This document shows, piece after piece, positions 43,230 through 52,658 of a DNA stretch of 64,000 bases. The DNA is from Rhodanobacteraceae bacterium. GTDB taxonomy: Bacteria > Pseudomonadota > Gammaproteobacteria > Xanthomonadales > Rhodanobacteraceae. A program made the position numbers and the translations under genes. A model generated the notes under the pieces. It saw nothing but the letters and a program-made list of their open reading frames with translations. It ran no database searches and was not told the DNA's origin. The stretch is from assembly GCA_036379395.1 (NCBI GenBank), contig DASVGR010000129.1, forward strand, positions 2,010-66,009, written 5' to 3'. Positions within the stretch are counted from its first letter, which is position 1; every line of letters starts with the position of its first letter.

Positions 43230-45380
43230 TCAGCGCAGGCCGTAGACCACGTTCGAACCCAGGTCCAGATGCGATGAAACCTGCCTGACGGTGCCGTTTT
43301 CCATGGTCATGACGCGCTGCGCGCTGGCGATGGTTTCGGGCCGGTGGGCGATGACGATGCGCGTGATGGCGAGGCTGTCGACCACGGCGTTGACCTTGTG
43401 CTCACGGGCCACGTCAAGGTTGCTGGTGGCTTCGTCCAACACCAGCAAACGCGGCCGGCGATACAGCGCGCGGGCCAGCAGCAGGCGTTGTTGCTGGCCG
43501 CCCGACAGGCTTGATCCCATGTCGCCGACCAGCGTCTGGTAGCCCATCGGCATGGCCACGATGTCATCGTGGATGGCGGCGATGCGGGCGACTTTCTCGA
43601 CCTCCTGCGCGAGCGCGTCGGGAGCGAAAAAGCTGATGTTGTCGGCGATGGTGCCGGCGAACAGGCGATCATCCTGCAGCACCGCGCCGACAATGTCGCG
43701 ATAGCGCGCCAAGCCCAGCTGGCGGATGTCCAGACCGCCGCACAGCACGTCGCCTTCCTGCGGTTCGAGCAGGCCCAGCAGCACGCGCACCAGCGTGGTC
43801 TTGCCGCAACCTGACGGTCCGGTGATGGCGACCGATTCGCCGACGCCGATGCGCAGGTTGCAATCCTTCAATATCCACGGCTCGTTCGCACCATAGCGAA
43901 AACCCACATGGCGCAATTCGATGCAGGCATCCGGCAACGGGCCGCCGTAGCCGGTTTCGAGATGCGCCTCCGGCGGCGTCAGCGCGATGTCGGCCACGCG
44001 TTCGGCGTGCAGGCCCAGCATCCACAGCGCGATGCCCTTGTCGATCAGGCCGCCGGCGCGGGTCGTGAATTGCTCGGCGTAGGCGGCAAACGCGACCAGC
44101 ATGCCGGCGGTGAACTGGCCGTGCATCACCATGACGGCGGCCAGCCAGATGAGCACCACGCGTTCCAGTCCGAAGATCAGCTGGTTGCCGGTGTGGAACG
44201 TGATGTTCAGCCGCTGCATGGCGATGTGGCGGTTGGTGGTTTCCACGATGGCGTTGGCGTAGCGTGCGCTGCGCGGTGTCTGCTGGTTGTGCAGCTTCAG
44301 CGTCTGCGCGCCGCGGATGGCTTCCAGCAACTGGCTTTGCTGGCGGGCGGCGTAGATGATCTGGTCTTCCTGCGTGCGCCGCAGCGGACGGAAAGTGGCC
44401 CAGCGCAATGCGCCATACAGCGCAAACGCCCCCAGCACCAGCAGCGTCAACTTCACGCTGTACAGGCACAGGATGACGAGCGTGAACACCGTCATCAAGC
44501 CGTCGATGATGGCGGTGACGAAGCTGGTGGTCAGCGTTTTCTGGATGGCCTGCACCGAGCCGAAACGCGACACCACGTCGCCGATGTGGCGCTTTTGGTA
44601 CCAGTCCAGCGGCAGGTGCAGAAGGTGCGTGAACAGGTTGCCGACCCATTGCACGCTCAGCGACGCGCTCAGCCAGGTGACGGTCCACGCGCGCACGGCG
44701 CTGACGGTGGCCTGGAACAGCGTCACCAGCACGAAGCCGATGCCCAGCAGGGTCATCAGATCGTGATCGTTGGAGATCAGTACATGGTCCAGGATCCATT
44801 GCAGGTAAAACGGGCCGGCGAGCGCGAATATTTCCAGCCCGACGGCCAGCACGAGAATCAGGGTCAGCGCGCCACCCAGGCCTTGCACGTGGCCGGCCAG
44901 CGCGCGCAGCGAAATGCCGCGCTTTTGCTTGATCGGCTTGAAGTCGGTACCGGGAGCCAGTTCCAGCGCGATGCCGGTGAAGTGCCGAGAGGCTTCATCC
45001 GTGGCCAGCACACACACGCCGCGTGCCGGATCGTGGATGACGACGCGGCGCTTGCTGGCCGATTTGAGCACCACGAAATGGTTCAAGTCCCAGTGCACGA
45101 TGCACGGGGTTTTCAATTGCGGCAGTTCGGCCAATTCCAGGCGCAGGGCGCGCGGTTGCATGCCGAGGCGGGCCGCCATGTCCATCAGGTCGGCCAGGTT
45201 GGCACCCTTGAGCGAGGTGGGGAAGCGTCCGCGCAATGACGGCAGGTCGACCTCGTGGCCGTGGTAGCGCGCAATCATGGCCAGGCAGGCCAGGCCGCAT
45301 TCGGCGGCTTCGGTCTGCATGATGGTCGGCAAATGGCGGTGCCAGCCGAATTGCAGGTTCTGGACGAAAGAGCTGTTCAC
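43230..45380 (-). CDS. C39 peptidase-containing ABC transporter (CvaB/RaxB-like PCAT)
   Basis: QTEAAECGLACLAM (Cys), HWDLNHFVV (His), IHDPA (Asp), TM domain, GPSGCGKT, LSGGQQQR, LVLDEATS. Confidence 0.95.
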   Translation of the reverse strand: MNSSFVQNLQFGWHRHLPTIMQTEAAECGLACLAMIARYHGHEVDLPSLRGRFPTSLKGANLADLMDMAARLGMQPRALRLELAELPQLKTPCIVHWDLNHFVVLKSASKRRVVIHDPARGVCVLATDEASRHFTGIALELAPGTDFKPIKQKRGISLRALAGHVQGLGGALTLILVLAVGLEIFALAGPFYLQWILDHVLISNDHDLMTLLGIGFVLVTLFQATVSAVRAWTVTWLSASLSVQWVGNLFTHLLHLPLDWYQKRHIGDVVSRFGSVQAIQKTLTTSFVTAIIDGLMTVFTLVILCLYSVKLTLLVLGAFALYGALRWATFRPLRRTQEDQIIYAARQQSQLLEAIRGAQTLKLHNQQTPRSARYANAIVETTNRHIAMQRLNITFHTGNQLIFGLERVVLIWLAAVMVMHGQFTAGMLVAFAAYAEQFTTRAGGLIDKGIALWMLGLHAERVADIALTPPEAHLETGYGGPLPDACIELRHVGFRYGANEPWILKDCNLRIGVGESVAITGPSGCGKTTLVRVLLGLLEPQEGDVLCGGLDIRQLGLARYRDIVGAVLQDDRLFAGTIADNISFFAPDALAQEVEKVARIAAIHDDIVAMPMGYQTLVGDMGSSLSGGQQQRLLLARALYRRPRLLVLDEATSNLDVAREHKVNAVVDSLAITRIVIAHRPETIASAQRVMTMENGTVRQVSSHLDLGSNVVYGLR

Positions 45381-45464
45381 GCAAGTGTTCCGTCATGGCG
45401 CGCGGGCAGGCCGGCACGCCGCGCGAACGGCGAACCGGCCCTTTCGGTGGTCAGCGGGACATCG

Positions 45465-45722
45465 TCAAAGATTGCTGACCTGGACATTGACGAGCGGGCC
45501 GCTGATTGACGGCAAGCCACCCGTGCCGATGGACCCCAGCAGTCCGCCGACCAGTCCGTTGACCACGCCGCCGACTTCACCCAGCAGGCCACCGACCACC
45601 GGCAAACTGCCGCCGCCCAGGCCGCCACCCAGAAGGCCGCCGAGCAAACCGTCGAGAATGCCGCCGATCTGGCCCTGGCCGCCGGCGACGTTTTGAGCTT
45701 CTTGCACAGTAAGTGTTTGCAT
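45465..45722 (-). CDS. Double-glycine-leader precursor peptide, Gly/Leu-rich (microcin/glycine-zipper-like)
   Basis: Leader MQTLTVQEAQNVAGG fits the MxxLxxxExxxVxGG consensus; AAGGAG RBS; located between HlyD and PCAT. Confidence 0.88.
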   Translation of the reverse strand: MQTLTVQEAQNVAGGQGQIGGILDGLLGGLLGGGLGGGSLPVVGGLLGEVGGVVNGLVGGLLGSIGTGGLPSISGPLVNVQVSNL

Positions 45723-45799
45723 TGCAGTTCTCCTTGCTTGCCCGGATCAAACCGTCCGGGCTTCGGTGCGCCGTTCGCTCTTGCGAGCGGCAAAACGGG

Positions 45800-47083
45800 T
45801 CAATGCGGCGAGGCTGGCGCTTGCGAGGCAAGCGACTCATGCAGGCCGTACAAAGGTTCGAATGCCCACTGCCACAAGCTGCGGCGGTCGAGCATGATGC
45901 TGGCGTCGAGCGCCATGCCGGGCTTCAAGGCGTCGGTTTGGCCGTCCGCCGCGATCGTCTGCCGGCTCAACTTGACCTGCACGCGGTACAACGGCTGTTT
46001 GGCGGGCTGGCCCAGCAGGCTGACCACTTCGTCATGGCTGAGCGCGCTGCGCGACACGTTCACCACCCGGCCGTATTGCTGGCCGAATTTCTGGTACGGA
46101 AACGCCTGGTAGCGCATCACCACCTGGTTGCCCGGACGCACGAAGCCGATGGCGCGGCTGGGCACCAGCAATTGCGCCTGCAGGGTTGATCCGTGCGGCA
46201 AGACCGACAGCACGGCCTGCTGCTGGGCGACGGCCTGGCCTTGCTTGACCAGCAACGTCGACACCACGCCGGCGGCCGGCGCACGCAACATGGCGCCTTG
46301 CTGCAACGCGTTGCGTGCCGATTGTTGGCGGTTTTGCGACAGCGACTGCTGCACCTGGTCCTGGCGGTCGGCCAGGTCGAGCGGCAACTGGGCCAGTTGC
46401 TGTCGCACCTTGCCGATCTGCTGCCGCACTTCGAGCTTCTGGCTCAGCAACGTCCGGATCTGGCGTTGGGAAGTGATTTTCTTGGCACCTTCCTGCTCCA
46501 GTTGCAGTGCCGAAACGTAGCCCTTGCGGCGCAATTGCCACATGCTGACCAGCACGCCGTCGATGCTTTTCACCTGCTGGTTTTCCAGCGCTATCTGGCC
46601 GTCTATTTGCACCACCTGCTGTTGCAGAAGTTCCAGTTTGGTGTGCCATTGGGCTGCCTGCGCGCGGGCCGACTGCCGCTGGTTGGCCAACTGGGACTGC
46701 AGCCGTTTGGCCTGGGCATCCAGCTGCCGGCCGATCAGCGCCTGGGTGGCGCCCAGGCTGGCACTGTCATGGTCTCCGGAGATTTCGACCAATGGTTGTC
46801 CGGCCTGCACGACCTGGCCTTCGTGCACGAAAACCTTCGTCACGGTGCCGCTGATCGGGCTGTGCATGCCCAGCACGCCGGCGCTGGGTACCAGTTGGCC
46901 GGTCACCTGCTCGCGCTGCGTGTAGTGGCCCAGCAGCATGAACAACACGATGGTCAGCGCCAGCACCGCACCCAGCAACGCCAGCCAGCGAAAGGCCAGC
47001 GGCGTGGCCAGGTGGATCGTTCCGAGCCATTGGCCACGCTGTGTTTGAACCGCTTCTTGGCGAAACAGGCTTCCCTTGATCAT
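45800..47083 (-). CDS. HlyD-family membrane fusion protein (CvaA/RaxA-like)
   Basis: LFRQEAV, TM helix, V.GQLVP, VHEGQVVQAGQPL, coiled coil, RAPAAGVV, AFPYQKFG, LKPGM, FEPL. Confidence 0.93.
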   Translation of the reverse strand: MIKGSLFRQEAVQTQRGQWLGTIHLATPLAFRWLALLGAVLALTIVLFMLLGHYTQREQVTGQLVPSAGVLGMHSPISGTVTKVFVHEGQVVQAGQPLVEISGDHDSASLGATQALIGRQLDAQAKRLQSQLANQRQSARAQAAQWHTKLELLQQQVVQIDGQIALENQQVKSIDGVLVSMWQLRRKGYVSALQLEQEGAKKITSQRQIRTLLSQKLEVRQQIGKVRQQLAQLPLDLADRQDQVQQSLSQNRQQSARNALQQGAMLRAPAAGVVSTLLVKQGQAVAQQQAVLSVLPHGSTLQAQLLVPSRAIGFVRPGNQVVMRYQAFPYQKFGQQYGRVVNVSRSALSHDEVVSLLGQPAKQPLYRVQVKLSRQTIAADGQTDALKPGMALDASIMLDRRSLWQWAFEPLYGLHESLASQAPASPH

Positions 47084-47581
47084 CGCGTTCGGTCGGCAGG
47101 CAAATGGGCACCGCGAAGGTGTGCTTGCGTCTTGCGGGCTTGGCATTGCAGCCAGCGGCACGACGTGTTTCACGGCTGCCATGGCGCCAGGCGGGGAAGG
47201 TTTTCGACGTGACGGCCAAGAAAGCGTGCAACGTGTTCATTGTGGTTTCCCCGCGAAGGTCGTGTATGCAAAATCGGCAATGTTTGCAAAGGCTTGCGAG
47301 GACTTCTGGTTATGCACGTAATCGGCAGGATCGGCGCTTGAACGTAGCTGCGAAGCCCTTTTCCTTGTTGGCGAACAAGAGGGCAATCGTTCCGCATGGA
47401 GAAAGATGGATCGTCGCGATGCCACAACCTTGGACGGTTCGGGATCGGTATCGCGTCTCGTGCGCGCCGATGCAATCGCCAATGACAGCCGCATGTCGCG
47501 AGCCGATGCGAAGTACCATGGGTGAATACATGCGACCCGGTGACGGACGCATGACCCCGATGTTCTTGCAAGGAGATTTTC

Positions 47582-48334
47582 ATGGTTGACGAATCGGTTG
47601 CCCCCGTCGTGATTCCCACGCGTGATGGCGAATGCCGCAGTTTCGTGTTCACGCCTGAAGGCACCGGCCCCTGGCCGGCGGTGATCGTTTACATGGATGC
47701 GTTCGGCGTCCGGCCGTCGTTGCTGGACTTGGGGCGGGCCGTCGCCGGGTTGGGCTATTACGTGCTGGTGCCGGATGTGTTTTATCGCTCCGGGCCGTAT
47801 GCCGTGATGGACCCGAAGCAGGTGTTTGCCTCACCCGATGGCTTCAAGGTCATCAAGGACGAGTTCATGGCCCGGGCGGATGTGGCGAACGTGATGTCCG
47901 ACACGCGCGCCTTGCTCGATTTTCTGGCGAACCAGCCGCAAGTGAAGGCCGGCCCGGTCGGCACGACGGGCTATTGCATGGGTGGGCGTTTTTCACTGGC
48001 GGCGGCCGGCACATTTCCGCGGCGCGTTGCGGCGGCCGCATCGTTCCACGGCGGGCGCCTGGCCGCGGACGATGCGCAAAGCCCCCACCTGTTGGCCAAC
48101 GCGATGAAGGCGCGCGTATTCGTGGCTGGGGCCGCGGATGACAAGGGGTTTCCGGACGCCATGAAAGCCGACCTCGAAAAAGCGTTGACCGACGCCGGCG
48201 TGGAGCACACGGTTGAAACCTGGCCGGCCGGACACGGCTGGACGTTTTACGACATGCCGGTCTATGACAAGGCGTGTTACGAGCGCCATTTGCGGGTCTT
48301 GAATGATTTGTTCGGCCGGTCGCTGGGTGGCTGA
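47582..48334 (+). CDS. Dienelactone hydrolase family protein
   Basis: DAFGVR, GYCMGG nucleophile, SFHGG, AGHGW; AAGGAG RBS. Confidence 0.92.
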   Translation: MVDESVAPVVIPTRDGECRSFVFTPEGTGPWPAVIVYMDAFGVRPSLLDLGRAVAGLGYYVLVPDVFYRSGPYAVMDPKQVFASPDGFKVIKDEFMARADVANVMSDTRALLDFLANQPQVKAGPVGTTGYCMGGRFSLAAAGTFPRRVAAAASFHGGRLAADDAQSPHLLANAMKARVFVAGAADDKGFPDAMKADLEKALTDAGVEHTVETWPAGHGWTFYDMPVYDKACYERHLRVLNDLFGRSLGG

Positions 48335-48381
48335 ATGCCTGGCCGGGCGCCCCGACGACCTTGGGGTGCCCGGCGCTTGCG

Positions 48382-50019
48382 TCACGCCGTGCGCGAGGCG
48401 GCCGCGGTGTGCAGGCCCAGTTCGTCGACGGCGATTTCGCGCATGCGGAATTTCTGGATCTTGCCGGTCACCGTCATCGGAAAACCGTCCACGAATTTCC
48501 AGTAGCGTGGAATCTTGAATGTGGCGATCTGGCCGCGGCAAAACGCGGTCAACGCGGCCTCGTCGAGCGCGGCGCCTTCGCGCACGCGCACCCAGGCCAT
48601 CACTTCCTCGCCGTAGCGTTCGCTGGGCACGCCGATCACCTGCACGTCGCTGACGTCGGGATGGCGGTAGAGGTATTCCTCGATTTCGCGCGGGTAGACG
48701 TTTTCGCCGCCGCGGATGATGACGTCCTTGTTGCGCCCGACGATGTTGAGATAGCCGTCCGCGTCCATCGTGGCCAGGTCGCCGGTGTGCATCCAGCGCG
48801 CGGTGTCGATGGCTTCGCGCGTGGCGTCAACGTTGTTCCAGTAACCCAGCATCACCGAATAACCGCGCGTGCACAGTTCGCCCGGAACGCCGCGCGGCAC
48901 GATGCGGCCGTCGGCGTCGACCAGTTTCACTTCCAGATGCGGATGCACGCGGCCGACGGTCTGCGTGCGCTTGTCCAGGCTGTCGTCGATGGCGGTCTGC
49001 GTCGACACCGGCGAGGTTTCGGTCATGCCGTAGCACACGGCCACTTCGGTCATGTGCATCGTGGCCTGGACTTTTTTCATCACCTCGACCGGGCAGGGCG
49101 AGCCGGCCATGATGCCGGTGCGCAGGCTGGACAGGTCGAACTGGGCAAAGCGCGGATGCTCGAGTTCGGCGATGAACATGGTCGGCACGCCGTACAGCGA
49201 GGTGCAGCGTTCGGCCTGCACGGTTTCAAGCACGCTGACCGGGTCGAAGCCGGCCTCGGGAATGATCATGCAACTGCCGTGCGTGGTGCAGGCCAGGTTG
49301 CCCAGCACCATGCCGAAGCAGTGGTAGAACGGCACCGGAATGCACACGCGGTCGGCTGATGAATAGTTCAAGCCTTCGCCGATGAAATAGCCGTTGTTGA
49401 GGATGTTGTGATGCGACAGCGTGGCCCCCTTGGGGAACCCCGTCGTGCCGGACGTGTACTGGATGTTGATGGCATCGTCGAATTGCAGCGCGGCTTCGCG
49501 CTCGGCCAGCGCCTCGGGCGGCACCTTGGACGCGTCGTCCAGCAGGGCTTGCCAGTCGTCGTCGATGACGAGCGCTTGCTCAAGCCCGGGCAGCTTGGGG
49601 CGTACCGCGGCAAGCATGTCGGCGTAGTTGGTGGTGCGGAATTCGCGCGCCAGCAACAGCATTTTCACGCCCGACTGGGTCAGCGCGTATTCCAGTTCCG
49701 CCGCCTTGTAGGCCGGGTTGATGTTGACCAGGATCGCGCCCATGCGCGCGGTGGCAAATTGCGTGACGACCCATTCGTAGCGGTTGGGCGACCAGATGCC
49801 GACGCGGTCGCCGGGCGCGATGCCGCGCGCCATCAGGCCGCGCGCGACCTGTTCGGTCTGCTCCCACAGTTGCCGGTAGCTGGCGCGGTAATTCTGGTAG
49901 CGCGAAACAAGCGCGTCACTGTCGCCGCAGTGCTCGACGGTGCGGCGCAGGTTCGCGCCGATGGTTTCACCCAGCAGTGGCGTGGCGCCGGTGCCGCTGG
50001 CGTAGGAAGGCGTGGTCAT
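48382..50019 (-). CDS. AMP-binding acyl-CoA synthetase
   Basis: [42 protein letters not shown]. Confidence 0.94.
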   Translation of the reverse strand: MTTPSYASGTGATPLLGETIGANLRRTVEHCGDSDALVSRYQNYRASYRQLWEQTEQVARGLMARGIAPGDRVGIWSPNRYEWVVTQFATARMGAILVNINPAYKAAELEYALTQSGVKMLLLAREFRTTNYADMLAAVRPKLPGLEQALVIDDDWQALLDDASKVPPEALAEREAALQFDDAINIQYTSGTTGFPKGATLSHHNILNNGYFIGEGLNYSSADRVCIPVPFYHCFGMVLGNLACTTHGSCMIIPEAGFDPVSVLETVQAERCTSLYGVPTMFIAELEHPRFAQFDLSSLRTGIMAGSPCPVEVMKKVQATMHMTEVAVCYGMTETSPVSTQTAIDDSLDKRTQTVGRVHPHLEVKLVDADGRIVPRGVPGELCTRGYSVMLGYWNNVDATREAIDTARWMHTGDLATMDADGYLNIVGRNKDVIIRGGENVYPREIEEYLYRHPDVSDVQVIGVPSERYGEEVMAWVRVREGAALDEAALTAFCRGQIATFKIPRYWKFVDGFPMTVTGKIQKFRMREIAVDELGLHTAAASRTA

Positions 50020-50105
50020 CAGTCAATCTCCCTCCGGGAAAAGGCGCCGCGATGGCGTGGCGCGTTGTTTGACTGTACCCGTTTTGCCCGATTTGGCGAC
50101 AGATG

Positions 50106-50141
50106 AAAAACGGCCGCCGCGATCGGTGACCGCGGCGGCCG
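50106..50141 (-). terminator. Intrinsic terminator after DUF1993 gene
   Basis: Minus strand CGGCCGCCGCG...CGCGGCGGCCG-TTTTT. Confidence 0.8.
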
Positions 50142-50163
50142 CAACATGTCTTGTCCGCGGATG

Positions 50164-50670
50164 TCAGTGCATGCCGAGGAAGTCGCGCTTGCCCACCTGC
50201 ACGCCGGCCACGCGCAGGATGTCGTACGTGGTGGTGCAGTGGAAGAACAGCGTCGGCAGGGTGAAGTCGAACAGGTAATCGCGGCCGTTGAAGCTCACGT
50301 CCTTGCCGCCCATTTTCAGGCTGACCTGGCGCGTGTCGCTGCCGTCGAACTGCTCGGGCTTGAACGTGCCGATGTAGTCGATGACGCGCGCGATGCGTGC
50401 CTTGGCCTCGGCCAGCGTCTGTTCGGTGTCGGGAAACGATTGCGGCTCCGCGCCGGCAAGGCGGGCGGCGCCACGCGCGGCGGCGTCGCAGGCGATCTGG
50501 ACCTGGCGGATCAGCGGAAACATGTCGAAGATCAGGCGTTGCTGCAACAGCCGGTCGGGTTCGATCTTGAGTGCCTGCGCGTGCGCCTGGCCCTTGTCGA
50601 GCACGGCGGACAGATTGGTCAGCGCGCGGATGAACGTGGGAACCGAAGCCTGGTACATCGAAAAACTCAT
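50164..50670 (-). CDS. DUF1993-family (DinB-like) protein
   Basis: SMYQASVP, RLIFDMFPL..QVQIACD, LP..FFH.TT.Y.ILR..GV.VGKRDFLG; AGGAG RBS. Confidence 0.88.
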   Translation of the reverse strand: MSFSMYQASVPTFIRALTNLSAVLDKGQAHAQALKIEPDRLLQQRLIFDMFPLIRQVQIACDAAARGAARLAGAEPQSFPDTEQTLAEAKARIARVIDYIGTFKPEQFDGSDTRQVSLKMGGKDVSFNGRDYLFDFTLPTLFFHCTTTYDILRVAGVQVGKRDFLGMH

Positions 50671-50804
50671 GGGAAAATCTCCTGTGTTGGAGCGGTTGCA
50701 GGGCGGCCGACGTGGTTGGCCCGGGGCTGTGCGATGCAGGCAAGCATACTCGCGCCGGGACGCGGCAAAGCCGCCAGGGCGCACGTTCGACGCGGCGGAT
50801 GGGC

Positions 50805-51086
50805 ATGGCAATGATGGACAACCAAATGACGATGAAACCGGAAGAAAACGCCTTGTCGGCGTCGGAGCGCGTGGTGCTGGAGGTGTTGGCCGAAAGCTTC
50901 GCGCGGACGGCGCAGCCCGTCGCCGGCCACGACCTGCGTCTGGCCGTGCAGCAACGCGGCGTGGCCAAGCCGGCCGTGGTGCTGGCCATGCAGGCGCTGG
51001 TCGAGCGCGGCGTGTTGCAGCGCGTGCGCTGCGAGGAAGCCGACGGACGCTTTTTCACCGCCTACCGGTTGATGCCGAAAGCCTGA
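50805..51086 (+). CDS. Small hypothetical protein, possibly winged-helix
   Basis: LSASERVVLEVL...MQALVERGVLQR...YRL pattern; start uncertain. Confidence 0.5.
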   Translation: MAMMDNQMTMKPEENALSASERVVLEVLAESFARTAQPVAGHDLRLAVQQRGVAKPAVVLAMQALVERGVLQRVRCEEADGRFFTAYRLMPKA

Positions 51087-51254
51087 CTCGGCGCGGCCGG
51101 CGACCGGTTCCGGGGTGGCATCAACGCCGTACAATGGCGTTTTGCGTTGGCGCCATGCGCCGCGTGCAAGGCTGAACGGCGTGAACGACGAAATGATGGC
51201 GGCCCGCACGGGCGTGTACGAGGCGGGGCGCCACGGCGCATGGCGGCGGCGTCC

Positions 51255-52652
51255 ATGAGCACGATCCGCGACATCACGGCCGCGCCCGTGGCGGTCAACC
51301 GGCTGGCCGCGTTCATCACCATTTCGATTGCGCTGTTGATGATGTCGGTCGATTCGACCATCGTCGCGACGGCCTTGCACGCCTTGCAGGAAGGCCTCGG
51401 CACCTCGGTCAACTGGGCCGGCTGGACGATCACGGCGTACGCGCTGGGCTTCGTGCTGATGCTGCCGCTGTCGGGCAAGCTGAGCGACTGGTACGGGCGC
51501 CGGCGCGTGTTCCTCGGCTCGGTGGTCACGTTCACCGTCGCTTCGCTGTGCTGCGGGCTGGCCGACAACATTTACGTGCTGATCGCCCTGCGCGCGTTGC
51601 AGGCGGCCGGCGGCGCTGGTTTCACGCCCTCGGCGACGGCCATCGTGGTCGATTACTTCGGCGACCAGCGCGATCGCGCAGTCAGTTTGTTCGGCAGCAT
51701 TTTTCCGGTTGGCGCCATGATCGGGCCGATTTTCGGCGGCCTGTTCGTCACTTACTGGACGTGGCGCGGCGTGTTTTTCGTCAACGTGCCGATCGGTTTG
51801 CTGGTCGTCGTCCTGGCGGTGCGTTTCGTGCCCAGGGATCCGGTACGCGAGGACCGCACGCACCCGCGGCCGGACTGGACCGGCATGGCATTGCTGGGCG
51901 CGGGCATCATGGCCGGCATGCTGGCGGCAAGCTATTTGGGCGAGGCCGCGGCGCGGCTGTATTCGCCGTTGTTCCTGGTGCCGGCCGCGGTGGCGGTGCT
52001 GGCGTTGACGCTGTTTTTCCGGCATCTGGGCCGCAGTAGCCGGCCGTTCATCGCTCCGCGTTTCATTCGCGGGCCGGGGTTCGTGCCGGTCAACCTCATC
52101 AACGCGCTGTACGGCGGCGTGGTCAGCGGTTCGATCGCGCTGGTGCCGCTGTACGCGGTCAACCGTTATGGCATGGACGCGTTGCGCTCGGGCACGTTGC
52201 TGATCGCGCAGGGAATCGCCGCGATCGTGTTTTCGGTGATCGCGGCGCTGGCCTTGCGGCGCACCGGGCATCGGCTGCCGTTGTACGTTGGTGGCGCGGT
52301 GATCGCGGTCGGGCTGGTGTTGCTGGCACTGGCGCCGCCGTGGGGCTTGTCGGCCTATGCGTGGCTGGCCGCGAGTGCGTTTCTGGTCGGCGCCGGTGGT
52401 GGCGTGATCAACCCGCCCAGCCGCAATGCCGGCTTGCAACTGGCGCCGCGCGAATCGGCCACGCTGGCCGCGTTGCGCTCGATGTCGCGCCAGTGCGGCG
52501 CGATCACGACGGTGTCGGTGGTGACGGCCGTGATCGCCAGCGCGTACGGCTCGGGCACGGTGCAGGCGTGGTGCTACGTGGCTTGCGCCGCGTTGCTTGT
52601 CGTGGCCATGCCGATCATCGCGCGCGTGCCGGAACACCACGGTTCGTGGTGA
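51255..52652 (+). CDS. MFS transporter, DHA2 (14-TM) family
   Basis: DSTIVATAL, GKLSDWYGRR, RALQAAGG, GPIFGG, WRGVFFVNVPIG. Confidence 0.92.
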   Translation: MSTIRDITAAPVAVNRLAAFITISIALLMMSVDSTIVATALHALQEGLGTSVNWAGWTITAYALGFVLMLPLSGKLSDWYGRRRVFLGSVVTFTVASLCCGLADNIYVLIALRALQAAGGAGFTPSATAIVVDYFGDQRDRAVSLFGSIFPVGAMIGPIFGGLFVTYWTWRGVFFVNVPIGLLVVVLAVRFVPRDPVREDRTHPRPDWTGMALLGAGIMAGMLAASYLGEAAARLYSPLFLVPAAVAVLALTLFFRHLGRSSRPFIAPRFIRGPGFVPVNLINALYGGVVSGSIALVPLYAVNRYGMDALRSGTLLIAQGIAAIVFSVIAALALRRTGHRLPLYVGGAVIAVGLVLLALAPPWGLSAYAWLAASAFLVGAGGGVINPPSRNAGLQLAPRESATLAALRSMSRQCGAITTVSVVTAVIASAYGSGTVQAWCYVACAALLVVAMPIIARVPEHHGSW

Positions 52653-52658
52653 CGTGAT

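Noticed and set aside
45377-45793. 138-aa ORF overlapping the precursor, with its stop overlapping the PCAT start
   Set aside because: Shadow frame (Ala/Trp/Ser/Cys pattern from shifted Gly/Leu codons) with no RBS. The 85-aa frame has both the RBS and the GG leader.
47237-47494. 85-aa ORF containing 'DY', considered as a RaxX-like sulfopeptide
   Set aside because: No GG leader, TTG start, and no RaxST sulfotransferase nearby.
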